Assembly: GCA_965649295.1 (NCBI GenBank)
Contig: CBFGKH010000017.1
Span: 1 to 18,203 of the forward strand
Direction: 5' to 3'
From: a candidate division WOR-3 bacterium
GTDB taxonomy: Bacteria > Hydrothermota > Tepidihabitantia > Tepidihabitantales > Tepidihabitantaceae
Length of the DNA: 18,203 nt
Shown: piece after piece, positions 1-8,326 of the stretch
Position numbering within the stretch: position 1 is the stretch's first letter
How the letters are laid out: the number at the start of each line of letters is the position of its first letter
Notes under the pieces: model-generated
Told to the model about the DNA's origin: nothing
The model's database searches: none
The model's input: the letters and a program-made list of their open reading frames with translations, nothing else
Made by a program: the position numbers and the translations under genes

Positions 1-9
1 GAGCGATAG
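1..9 (+). CDS. Last codons (E-R-stop) of an upstream gene truncated by the window edge, probably another T9SS-sorted paralog
   Basis: GAG CGA TAG aligns with GAG CGC TAG ending the large gene at 6721-6729 and is followed by the same downstream repeat. Confidence 0.55.
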   Translation, partial: ER

Positions 10-67
10 GCTAGCGCAGCCCTCGGGCTGCCCAACCTGGCGGTGGCGGGCAGATGCCCGCCACCGC
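1..67 (+). repeat. Copy 1 of the T9SS-gene 3'-end/double-hairpin repeat
   Basis: 59/67 nt identical to 6721-6787. Contains GCAGCCC-TC-GGGCTGC and GCGGTGGCGGGCA-GA-TGCCCGCCACCGC (40-67). Confidence 0.93.
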
Positions 68-96
68 AACTGTTGGGTTTCGCAGCGCACGATTAC

Positions 97-124
97 TTGA
101 CTTAGCTGCCTGCTTCTGTATCAT
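97..124 (+). promoter_or_regulatory. Putative sigma70-type promoter of the large surface-protein gene
   Basis: TTGACT (97-102), 16 bp, TATCAT (119-124). Confidence 0.65.
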
Positions 125-232
125 ATATATGTCTAAGAACTTAGCTTAGTAGCGGCAGTTCCTAGATGCGAGCGGGCGACTCGGGGGAGCCGACGTCGCT
201 TATGCTCACAACCAAAGCCGAGTGTTCGATTT

Positions 233-240
233 GGAGGAGG
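233..240 (+). promoter_or_regulatory. Shine-Dalgarno sequence
   Basis: GGAGGAGG 6 nt before ATG at 247. Confidence 0.85.
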
Positions 241-246
241 TTTCTT

Positions 247-3200
247 ATGCAGCGCAGGCTGGTAGTGGTCTTGCTCTCAATGCTGGTTGCGTGCGCCAGC
301 GCTACGGTGTACAACTGGACAATCAAGCCCGGCGGTGGCGGCACGTATCCGTCATTCGTCGCGGCAATTCAGCAGTTGCGCACAATCGCCAATGGTCCTG
401 GTATCGTTGATACCTACGATATTGTTGCCGATGTCGGTACGTACGCTGAGGCGTGCACGGTCAACTTCGCAACTGTTGACGACGGCATATCGCGTGGTTA
501 CGTCGTGTTCCGCACCGACGGCTCCGGCTACGCGACGATTACCGGCGGCGGTTCCCAGCGCGGTATCATAGTCACCGGCAATTTGCTTGAGACTAGGCGC
601 GTCACATTTCAGAACATTGAGGTTACCGGCGGTTCGCTCAATCGCATCCAAGTCCTCCGTTCCCGGCACGTGACCTTCCGCAACTGTCTTGTGAGTCCTG
701 GCGTTGGCGTAATAAATGACGCCGTCTATGTCGAGAACTCACCACAATTGACACTAGACAGCGTTGCAATCAGTGCTGGTGCTCCGCTCAGTTTCAGCAT
801 TTTGCGGGTCACCGGATTGGCGGCAACGCGCTCGGACTCGCTCTATGCCCGCCACTTGACCGTGACTGGCGGAACTGCCCAATACGGCATCAACCTCGAC
901 AATGCGTGGAACTGCCGGTTCGACACCGTAGCAGTGAGTGCCGGCGCGACGACGGCGTTCAGAATGCTCACTGGCCGAGTGGCCTTCATCAATGGCGGTA
1001 GCATCACCGGAACACACAGCACCTATGGCCTCCAGGTCAGCGGTTACGATTCGGTTATCGTGAGCGGACTCACGGTTGACCTGACTGGGGCTAGCAGCAC
1101 CACAGCTCTCCGGTTCGATGGTTCTGATACCTGCGTGGTCAGGCAGAGCAGCATAACCGGCTCGCCGACACTTGGAACCGGAATCCATTTCAACACTTCG
1201 ATTGACTGCCGGATTGATAGCTGCAATCTCACCAACATCTCCGGCACCGGGCTGCGTCTGCAGGGCACTAATAACACCCACAAGCGTGGGTCAATTACTG
1301 GCTGCAGCGTGAGTGGGCCGATTGCCAGTAATGGCATTCTGGTGGAGATGGATTCTGTTCGGATAGACAGTTGTGCAGTCACGGTGAACTCAAACCCAAC
1401 AAGCGCCGGCACGCTTGCCAACATCACCCTTCCTGCTGGCGTGGGCATGGTCGGTGGTTCTACACTGCGCAAGTGCTCATTTACCACTGCTGGCGACTTC
1501 CGCACGAACTACGGCATCCAAGTTGTGCGAGCGCCGAGAGTGAGGATTGACTCCTGCGTCATCAACCTGCCTTCTGCTACCTATCCGCCGGTCTGCGGCA
1601 TTCTGGATTCGCTTGGTTCGCGAGCTATCCGGATTACCGGCTGCCAGGTGACGGGTTTCTTCTCCCGTGAAGGGATTCTTATCGCCGTCAATGGTGACAG
1701 TGCCGTCATTGACAGTTGCCAGGTTACTTTCACCAATACTCGGAGTACAGCCTACGGAATTAGACTCGTGGGCACGGCAGGTTCTGAGACCGATTCCTGC
1801 ACTGTCCGCAAGACAACTGTTGCCACGGTTGGCGGCGGTCCGACGCTTGGCTATGGTTTTGGCGTTGACCGCGCCCGGTTCTGTCGGTTCGACACCTGTT
1901 CCGCCAGCAACATCAGCAACACTGGCTTTGTTCTGACGAATAGCTCGTTCCGAGCCCGATTGACCGGTTGCGGTATCAGTGGGCCGTTCACAACTGCCGG
2001 TATCAGCACCAACGCCTCCGACACCCTGGTTGTTGATAGCTGCAACATCCAGTGTACTACAACCGGCGGCACGATTGCCGGTGTATTGGCAACCGGATCG
2101 AACCGAATGACCGTACGCCGGACAACGATCAACGCCAGCGGTACGAATACGATCGGCTTTGGCGTCAACGTGACCGGAGCCGCGAACGGCTGTCGTGTTG
2201 ATAGCTGTGTCATCAGTAACGTCACTAATACCGGTATCCGTTTTGCCGGCGCGAGTGGTGCAAACCCGGCGAAGAACGGCCGTGTGACCGGCTGCTCGGT
2301 CAGCGGGCCGTTCACAATTGCCGGTATCGCTGCTGCCGACTACGCCGATACGCTGACAATTGACAGTTGCAGTGTGACTACGACTGCCAACATCGCCGGG
2401 CCGAACGCAATTGTTCGCGCCTACCGCTCACCTGGACTGCGCATCCGGAAGACGAGTTTGACCTCAACTGGCTCATCGCTCTATGCTGGGATCAACTTCC
2501 ATTTATCAGCCGCCTGCCGGATTGATACCTGCGTCATAACGACGCCAGGAGGTTCACCGTCGTTCGGTATCCTCGACACGCTCAACTCCAACAATACTCA
2601 GGTGAACGGCTGCAACATTATTCACAGCGGCAGCGCATTGCAGCGTGGCGTGTTCGTTGCCAATTCGAGCGGTGTGACGGTGCGGGATGTCGTCTCCACG
2701 GGGTCGAACGGCATCAACACCGCGGTGTTCGAAGGCCTGAACTCCAATGGTCTGACTTTCCAGCGTTGCTCGACTTACGCAAATAGTGTGCATAAGGGGG
2801 TGCAGCTTGACGGCTGCAACTACAGCAAAGTTTATGACCTCCGCGTACCCCAGTGCTACACGGTCGGCGTACGGCTGGTTCGTTCGGACTTCTGCGGCAT
2901 CCGTAACTGTCATGTTGGATTCGTGATTCCCCAGACCCCACTGCAGTCCATTCTGGTGGACTCGTCCAGTTACGACACTGTTGCTGCCTGTCGGATTGCG
3001 GGCAACGGGAATGTTGCACTGAAGTTCTACAATCCCAGCGGCGCCTCCGGCATTGGGCATTACATTGCTAACAACATGGTTCACGGTTGGGGTAACATCA
3101 CGGCCGGTTCTGCCGTCGGCATTGAGCTCACTAACCAGACCGGCCCGACTCTCTACTACAACACTGTCTTCGGTCCGGACAGCAGCAACTCAAACCAGAC

Positions 3201-6200
3201 TCAGGCTTACAACGTCAAACTGACAAGTGCGACTGGAGTCAAGTCCCGCAACAACATTTTTGTCAATCAGGGTGAGCCTGGTACTGCCTCGGCGACGTCG
3301 GCATGCTACTTTGTCTCGACCGGAATCCCGCCATCCAGTTTCACAATCTCCAACAACAACTGCTTCTGGTCATCTGGCGCCATCGCTACTAATGGTTCAA
3401 GCCAGCAATGGCTGACCCTAACCGATTGGCGAGGCTCCCCCGGCAATCCTGATACTAACAGTATCGAAGCCGATCCACTCCTTGTTGATGCCAGCCAACC
3501 CCAGCCGTTTGACCTTCACATTCTGGCCGGTTCTCCTTGTCGTTGGAAGGGAGCACCGCTTTCCGACGTTTCCACTGATTTCGACGGCGACGTTCGCGGC
3601 AGTGTTCATCCCTGCATTGGTGCTGATGAGTTCGTCGCTACCGATGTTCAGCCGCTGGCCATTCTTGCTCCTACCGGCGAAGTTGATTCCGGCACGGTCG
3701 TGACACCGCAGTGTCGGGTGGCCAGCTTCAGCAACACCGCGCAGACCTACAACATTCGAATGCGAATCGGCGGCGACTACGATAGCACCTTCACCGTCAC
3801 CAACCACGTAGAAGGCGAGACCCTGACCGTTACCTTCGCTTCGCCCGAAGATGACTGGACCGCGCTCGTCCGCGGCAATCATGCCGTTCTGTGCACGACC
3901 GAACTGGTCGGTGATAATAGCGGCACCAATCGTGTTACCGGCACAGTGTTCGTGCGGGCGCACGACGCTGCTGCGGAAGCGATTCTGGCGCCGGCTAGCA
4001 ACTCGGTATTTGCGCCCGGCGTTCAGGTAACGCCGCAGGCCCAGGTGCGCAATAACAGTAATGTGACCGAGAACATCCCGGTGACGTTCACGTTGACCGG
4101 AGCGACCGGCTACTCCAACTCCCAGACAGCAGACAACATCGCGCCTGGCGCTCTGGGAACGGTCAGCTTTGTTCAGAGCCCAGCGCTTGACCCCGGTTAC
4201 TATACGATGACCTGCGCCACTGAGCTGGTACCGGACGGCAACCCAGCCAACAATACCGTAAGTGGCAACTTCCTTGTCATTGGCGTGCCGACGTTGATCT
4301 ACCCGGTTGGCATCATGGTTAACACCGCTCAGCCGGCATTTGACTGGGACGACCTGGCGGGTGCAACGAGCTATGTCCTGCAGGCGGCAACCGACCCCGG
4401 CTTCAGCAACATCGTCTGCACCGAATACCCAACTGGTTCAACAGTAGTTCCGGGAACACCGCTGCCGGAAGGCGACATCTACTGGCGAGTACGCGGCGTG
4501 AATGTCCTCGAAGGCAGTTGGTCAACGACCGGCCACTTCGGAGTTGACCTTGGGCTACCCGACGCGCCGAATCTGCTTCAGCCACCCAGTAACGCCATGA
4601 ACGTGCCGGTGACACCGACTTTTGAGTGGACCAGCGTATCCTACGACGGTCGCCAGAACTTGGTGGCTAGCCGACCGTCGAAGAAGCAGCCGATTGATGC
4701 CATTACCTATCGGATTCAGGTCGCCGATAACGTTTCGTTCAACAACCCGATTGTTGATACCACGACCCTGAACACAACTCTGGTCTCGCCAGTGACATTA
4801 GCCAACTTCGTCAAATACTACTGGCGCGTCAACGCAACCGATGACGCTAACAACACCGGACCATGGGGCGGGCCGGATAGCTTCACCACTATCATTACCG
4901 TTCCGGATGTGCCGCAACTTGTAGCACCCGAGAACGGCGCTGTGAATGTGGCGGTAGTGGGCAATCTGGAATGGGCTGAAGCCAATCTAGCTGACGAATA
5001 CGACGTCTATCTCGATACTGTCAATCCGCCGGCGCAGCTACTTCAGAGCGGCGTGACCGTACCGACAATGGTTCCTTACTCCGGGCTCGAGAATGATCGC
5101 ACGTATTACTGGCAGGTCGTGGCTAAGAACGTTGCCGGCACAACACCTTCGGCAGTCTGGAACTTCAGAACAATCGTTGCCGTACCAAACGCACCGTTGC
5201 TGATTGCGCCGCCAGACACGGCCCGCGAGGTCCCGCTGAACGGTGAACTTGTCTGGCATCGTGCACCGCGGGCAGCAAGCTATGATGTTTACTTTGACAC
5301 GCTAAACCCGCCGGTCGCTTTGGCTGGAACAGGCCTGACTGACACCTCGTTGGCCTACTCCGGACTTCGCCGCCTGACCACCTACTACTGGTGTGTTGTC
5401 GCCCGGAACGTCGCCGGCGAGTCGGCATCAACCGTCTGGTCTTTCACGTCAGTACGACCTGTTGCCGGTGGCTGGACTTCGTTTGACACAATGACCGGTG
5501 GCCCGGTCCGTGACGGCGGCGGTATCACCTACAACGCCGACAAAGGCTTGATGTATGCCATCAAGGGCGGCAAGACGAATGAGTTCTGGCAGTACAACCC
5601 GGTAGAGACGACCTGGACCAAGCTCACCGACGTCACCGCTGGCACCAAGCCGGTCAACAAAGGCGCAGCCATCACCACTGGCGGCGGGTTCGTCTATGTG
5701 CTGAAGGGCAACAACACCTACGACTTCTACAAGTACGACATCGAGGCTGGGACCTGGGCTGCCTGCAAGCCCCTGCCCAAGGCGCTGGACCAGACTGCGA
5801 CCCGGGGCAAGGCGGCCAAGGGCGGCGGCAGCCTGGCCTACGTCTATACTCGCGAGTCGAGCTTCGTCTATACGCTGAAGGGCTCAGGCACAAACGAGTT
5901 CTACCGCTACGACGTGCTCCGCGACACCTTCTTCTCGCTGGCGCCCGCGCCATACAACACCAAGCCGAAGTACGACAAAGGTAGCTGGATTGCCTACGAC
6001 GGCAGCCAGTTCATCTACCTGATGCAGAACAAGTACAACGCCTTGTTCAAGTATGATGTCGTGAATGAGGCCTGGGTGACGACGCCGACGCTTGACCCGA
6101 TGCCGCTGAACAGCACGGTGACGGGCAAGAACAACAAGAAGGTCGGCGACGGTTCGTGCGCGGCCTTCAACCCGGATGGCGGGTATCTGTTTGCCATGAA

Positions 6201-6729
6201 GGGCAACAACACGCAGGAAGCGTGGAAATACCTGCCTGGGACGAGCGACACCTGGGTGGAGCTGGAGTCGATTCCGCAGGCCTATCCTGGCGGCAAGAAG
6301 AAGAAGGTGAAGGCCGGAGCCGGAGCGGTGTACTATCCGGAGGCTGGTGTCTTCTATGTCCAGAAGGGCAACAAGAGCAACCAGTTCTGGCGTTACACCC
6401 CAGGCATCGGCGGTCCGTACTATGCCGGTCGTCCGCAGCGTGAGGGCATCGCGGTCAGTGGTGTGACGAACCTAACCCACAGTCTAGCGATAGCACCGAA
6501 TCCGCTGGCTGGCGGTCAGGCAGTGGTGCGCTACACCTTGCCGCGGGCTGGGCTGGTGAGCCTGAGCGTCTGCGATGTCACTGGCCGAGTGGTGATGGAG
6601 CGGACGTTTGCGGCTGGCCGGACCGGCGTGCAGAGCCTCGACCTGCGCGGGCTCTCGGCTGGAGTGTACCTTGTCAAGCTCAATGCCGACGGGTTCACTT
6701 CGAGCCAGAAGCTCGTAGTCGAGCGCTAG
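247..6729 (+). CDS. Giant secreted/surface protein (2160 aa): signal peptide, long right-handed parallel beta-helix, choice-of-anchor Q motif, two CARDB/Ig-like domains, four FN3-like domains, six-blade Kelch propeller, T9SS type-A-like C-terminal sorting domain
   Basis: Start moved from 166 to ATG 247 (strong SD; signal peptide MQRRLVVVLLSMLVACASA). Repeating 'RIDSC..I....GI.V' beta-helix units to ~3400. DLHILAGSPC...DFDGDVR...CIGADEF at ~3511-3633. PxLxxP...W...YYW(R/Q/C)V units at ~4285-5460. Six KGxxTxEFxxY-like blades at ~5470-6405. C-terminal IAPNP...DVTGRVV...LSAGVYLVKL...SQKLVVER. Confidence 0.92.
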   Translation: MQRRLVVVLLSMLVACASATVYNWTIKPGGGGTYPSFVAAIQQLRTIANGPGIVDTYDIVADVGTYAEACTVNFATVDDGISRGYVVFRTDGSGYATITGGGSQRGIIVTGNLLETRRVTFQNIEVTGGSLNRIQVLRSRHVTFRNCLVSPGVGVINDAVYVENSPQLTLDSVAISAGAPLSFSILRVTGLAATRSDSLYARHLTVTGGTAQYGINLDNAWNCRFDTVAVSAGATTAFRMLTGRVAFINGGSITGTHSTYGLQVSGYDSVIVSGLTVDLTGASSTTALRFDGSDTCVVRQSSITGSPTLGTGIHFNTSIDCRIDSCNLTNISGTGLRLQGTNNTHKRGSITGCSVSGPIASNGILVEMDSVRIDSCAVTVNSNPTSAGTLANITLPAGVGMVGGSTLRKCSFTTAGDFRTNYGIQVVRAPRVRIDSCVINLPSATYPPVCGILDSLGSRAIRITGCQVTGFFSREGILIAVNGDSAVIDSCQVTFTNTRSTAYGIRLVGTAGSETDSCTVRKTTVATVGGGPTLGYGFGVDRARFCRFDTCSASNISNTGFVLTNSSFRARLTGCGISGPFTTAGISTNASDTLVVDSCNIQCTTTGGTIAGVLATGSNRMTVRRTTINASGTNTIGFGVNVTGAANGCRVDSCVISNVTNTGIRFAGASGANPAKNGRVTGCSVSGPFTIAGIAAADYADTLTIDSCSVTTTANIAGPNAIVRAYRSPGLRIRKTSLTSTGSSLYAGINFHLSAACRIDTCVITTPGGSPSFGILDTLNSNNTQVNGCNIIHSGSALQRGVFVANSSGVTVRDVVSTGSNGINTAVFEGLNSNGLTFQRCSTYANSVHKGVQLDGCNYSKVYDLRVPQCYTVGVRLVRSDFCGIRNCHVGFVIPQTPLQSILVDSSSYDTVAACRIAGNGNVALKFYNPSGASGIGHYIANNMVHGWGNITAGSAVGIELTNQTGPTLYYNTVFGPDSSNSNQTQAYNVKLTSATGVKSRNNIFVNQGEPGTASATSACYFVSTGIPPSSFTISNNNCFWSSGAIATNGSSQQWLTLTDWRGSPGNPDTNSIEADPLLVDASQPQPFDLHILAGSPCRWKGAPLSDVSTDFDGDVRGSVHPCIGADEFVATDVQPLAILAPTGEVDSGTVVTPQCRVASFSNTAQTYNIRMRIGGDYDSTFTVTNHVEGETLTVTFASPEDDWTALVRGNHAVLCTTELVGDNSGTNRVTGTVFVRAHDAAAEAILAPASNSVFAPGVQVTPQAQVRNNSNVTENIPVTFTLTGATGYSNSQTADNIAPGALGTVSFVQSPALDPGYYTMTCATELVPDGNPANNTVSGNFLVIGVPTLIYPVGIMVNTAQPAFDWDDLAGATSYVLQAATDPGFSNIVCTEYPTGSTVVPGTPLPEGDIYWRVRGVNVLEGSWSTTGHFGVDLGLPDAPNLLQPPSNAMNVPVTPTFEWTSVSYDGRQNLVASRPSKKQPIDAITYRIQVADNVSFNNPIVDTTTLNTTLVSPVTLANFVKYYWRVNATDDANNTGPWGGPDSFTTIITVPDVPQLVAPENGAVNVAVVGNLEWAEANLADEYDVYLDTVNPPAQLLQSGVTVPTMVPYSGLENDRTYYWQVVAKNVAGTTPSAVWNFRTIVAVPNAPLLIAPPDTAREVPLNGELVWHRAPRAASYDVYFDTLNPPVALAGTGLTDTSLAYSGLRRLTTYYWCVVARNVAGESASTVWSFTSVRPVAGGWTSFDTMTGGPVRDGGGITYNADKGLMYAIKGGKTNEFWQYNPVETTWTKLTDVTAGTKPVNKGAAITTGGGFVYVLKGNNTYDFYKYDIEAGTWAACKPLPKALDQTATRGKAAKGGGSLAYVYTRESSFVYTLKGSGTNEFYRYDVLRDTFFSLAPAPYNTKPKYDKGSWIAYDGSQFIYLMQNKYNALFKYDVVNEAWVTTPTLDPMPLNSTVTGKNNKKVGDGSCAAFNPDGGYLFAMKGNNTQEAWKYLPGTSDTWVELESIPQAYPGGKKKKVKAGAGAVYYPEAGVFYVQKGNKSNQFWRYTPGIGGPYYAGRPQREGIAVSGVTNLTHSLAIAPNPLAGGQAVVRYTLPRAGLVSLSVCDVTGRVVMERTFAAGRTGVQSLDLRGLSAGVYLVKLNADGFTSSQKLVVER

Positions 6730-6788
6730 GCTAACGCAGCCCTAGGGCTACCTAACCTTGCGGTGGCGGGCATCTGCCCGCCACCGCG
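6685..6788 (+). repeat. Copy 2 of the T9SS-gene 3'-end/double-hairpin repeat
   Basis: 103/104 nt identical to the reverse complement of 18100-18203 (one T/G difference at 6700). Confidence 0.97.
6760..6787. terminator. Strong GC-rich hairpin between convergent genes (possible terminator, transcript stabiliser or REP-like element)
   Basis: 13-bp perfect inverted repeat GCGGTGGCGGGCA-TC-TGCCCGCCACCGC. No clear U-tract follows on either strand. Confidence 0.55.
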
Positions 6789-6792
6789 CTTG

Positions 6793-7746
6793 TCAACGCT
6801 TGCGGCAGTAGTAGATGTCGGCTTCGAGTAGTCGGCTCGAATCGCCGCCAGTATAGAAGTGATGAACGAAGTAGAGATTGCCCGAGTCGTCAAGAGTCGG
6901 CTCGCCCGCAAACTGGGCAACGATTATCTCCGGTGTCTGCCAGTTGCCTGCCGAATCGGCCAGGGACCGATAGACACAAGGTCCCATCCACTGCTCGTTC
7001 CAGCCCGTGTACCAGAGTTCGCGCATATCGGATGAGACAAACGGCTGCGACTGGCTGAACGAATCGTTGATGTTCGCGTCCAGCCTGACCGGCATGCTCC
7101 AACCGGTCGCGGTCCGCTGCATCTGCCAGAGGTCAGAATTGCCAATTCCCTCAGCGCTGCCAAAGTACATCGTCTGATGGTCGCTAGTCAGATGGAACTC
7201 GCCGATGTTGTACTCGACATTGAGCTGATGCCCAGCATTGCGCCAGTCCTGCCACACGCCGTTCCTGCGCACCGCGGTGAATACGTCAATGTCACCGAGC
7301 ATGTCCCGGCTGCGGATTGAGGCAAACCAGAGCGTGTCACCGACCAGTTGCTGGCAGCCGTCCAGACTGATGTCGTCATTCAGTACCACGCGCACTGGCT
7401 CGGTCCATTCGCCGCCGACCCGCTGCGAGTACCAGATACCGGTTACACTGTCTCTCAACTGCTGCTCTACCGGCACGCGCACGTCCGGCGTGAAGAAGAA
7501 AAAGAACTCAGCTCCGTCAGCAGAGATGAACGGCGAGTCCTCTGCGCCCATCGAGTTGACTGGCCCGCTCATCGGCACCGGCTCGTCGTATTCGTTCGAC
7601 AGTAGCACCGGTGGAAACGGGTCGGTTGCCGGCGTTCCCTTCCTTGCATCGGCCGGAATCTTCGAGTACCGGTCGGCGATGAACGGCCACGGTTTCTCGC
7701 AGGCTGCAAGCAGTACGGTCAGAATCAGCAGTCCGGCTCGGATCAC
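6793..7746 (-). CDS. Lipoprotein with PD40/WD40-like (TolB-type) beta-propeller repeats
   Basis: Likely GTG start at 7746 after AAGGGAG, just past the upstream stop. Lipobox LLAAC. Repeats such as 'GPVNSMGAEDSPFISADG', 'NINDSFSQSQPFVSSDMRELWY' and 'W..P..L'. Confidence 0.8.
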   Translation of the reverse strand: MIRAGLLILTVLLAACEKPWPFIADRYSKIPADARKGTPATDPFPPVLLSNEYDEPVPMSGPVNSMGAEDSPFISADGAEFFFFFTPDVRVPVEQQLRDSVTGIWYSQRVGGEWTEPVRVVLNDDISLDGCQQLVGDTLWFASIRSRDMLGDIDVFTAVRRNGVWQDWRNAGHQLNVEYNIGEFHLTSDHQTMYFGSAEGIGNSDLWQMQRTATGWSMPVRLDANINDSFSQSQPFVSSDMRELWYTGWNEQWMGPCVYRSLADSAGNWQTPEIIVAQFAGEPTLDDSGNLYFVHHFYTGGDSSRLLEADIYYCRKR

Positions 7747-7747
7747 C

Positions 7748-8326
7748 CTACGCTCCCTTCGCGGCGAAGCCACGGGCGATGTCGCAGGCCAGCTCGACCA
7801 CTTCAACCGGGTCTTTGCCCAGCAGGAAGTAGAGCGGTTCCTTGCCCCAACCCCGAGTTTCGTAACAAACCCGCGGCGGCCGGCCCAATTCCTGCACCAG
7901 CATCTTCATCTTCCACGGTATCGAGCTCTTGTCCTTGCCAATCAGTTCCTTTGGCTCAACGCTCCGGTCGACGCCGCCAATCGTAATACCGCGCTCGCGG
8001 CAGTATTGTTCGACAAAGGAGTGAATCCGCTCGTTCCAGCGGAAGTTCATCCCGGCCCTGATTGCCGGGTCATACTTGCGTGCCTCAATTACCAGTCGTG
8101 CCATATGGTCAGACACGCCTGGTCTTATCGGACCTGATGCTTTTGGCATACCGCCGACGACCGTAATGCGGCCATCAACGCCGAGCACTTCCTGCGGCCC
8201 AGCCGCATCATCCGGCGCCACTACGACATTGACCCTCACTTCCGGCATCAAGACACTGAACTCTTGGCATGACTCAAGCAGCCGTACCGCCTCAGCCAGC
8301 CTTGCTTCGCCTTCTCGTCTTGTCAT
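7748..8326 (-). CDS. thiN: Stand-alone ThiN-type thiamine-phosphate synthase domain protein
   Basis: Motifs LMPEVRVN, GVDGRI, GVSDHMAR, AGMNFR and GWGKEP are typical of the ThiN (ThiP_synth) family. No ThiD or HTH domain is fused. Confidence 0.78.
   Translation of the reverse strand: MTRREGEARLAEAVRLLESCQEFSVLMPEVRVNVVVAPDDAAGPQEVLGVDGRITVVGGMPKASGPIRPGVSDHMARLVIEARKYDPAIRAGMNFRWNERIHSFVEQYCRERGITIGGVDRSVEPKELIGKDKSSIPWKMKMLVQELGRPPRVCYETRGWGKEPLYFLLGKDPVEVVELACDIARGFAAKGA

Noticed and set aside
1..67. Diversity-generating retroelement (TR/VR pair with downstream hairpin)
   Set aside because: No reverse transcriptase is in the window, differences between copies are not confined to adenines, and most of them lie after the stop codon.
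166..246. N-terminal 27-codon extension of the giant ORF
   Set aside because: The SD and signal peptide point to ATG 247, so the extension is leader sequence.
6721..6788. CRISPR repeat or IS terminal inverted repeat
   Set aside because: Copies are kilobases apart with no spacers, cas or transposase genes, and the repeat includes coding sequence.
7238..8137. 299-aa plus-strand ORF and other long antisense ORFs (e.g. 13607-14671, 8680-9315)
   Set aside because: These are shadows of well-supported opposite-strand genes in GC-rich DNA and show no recognisable motifs.
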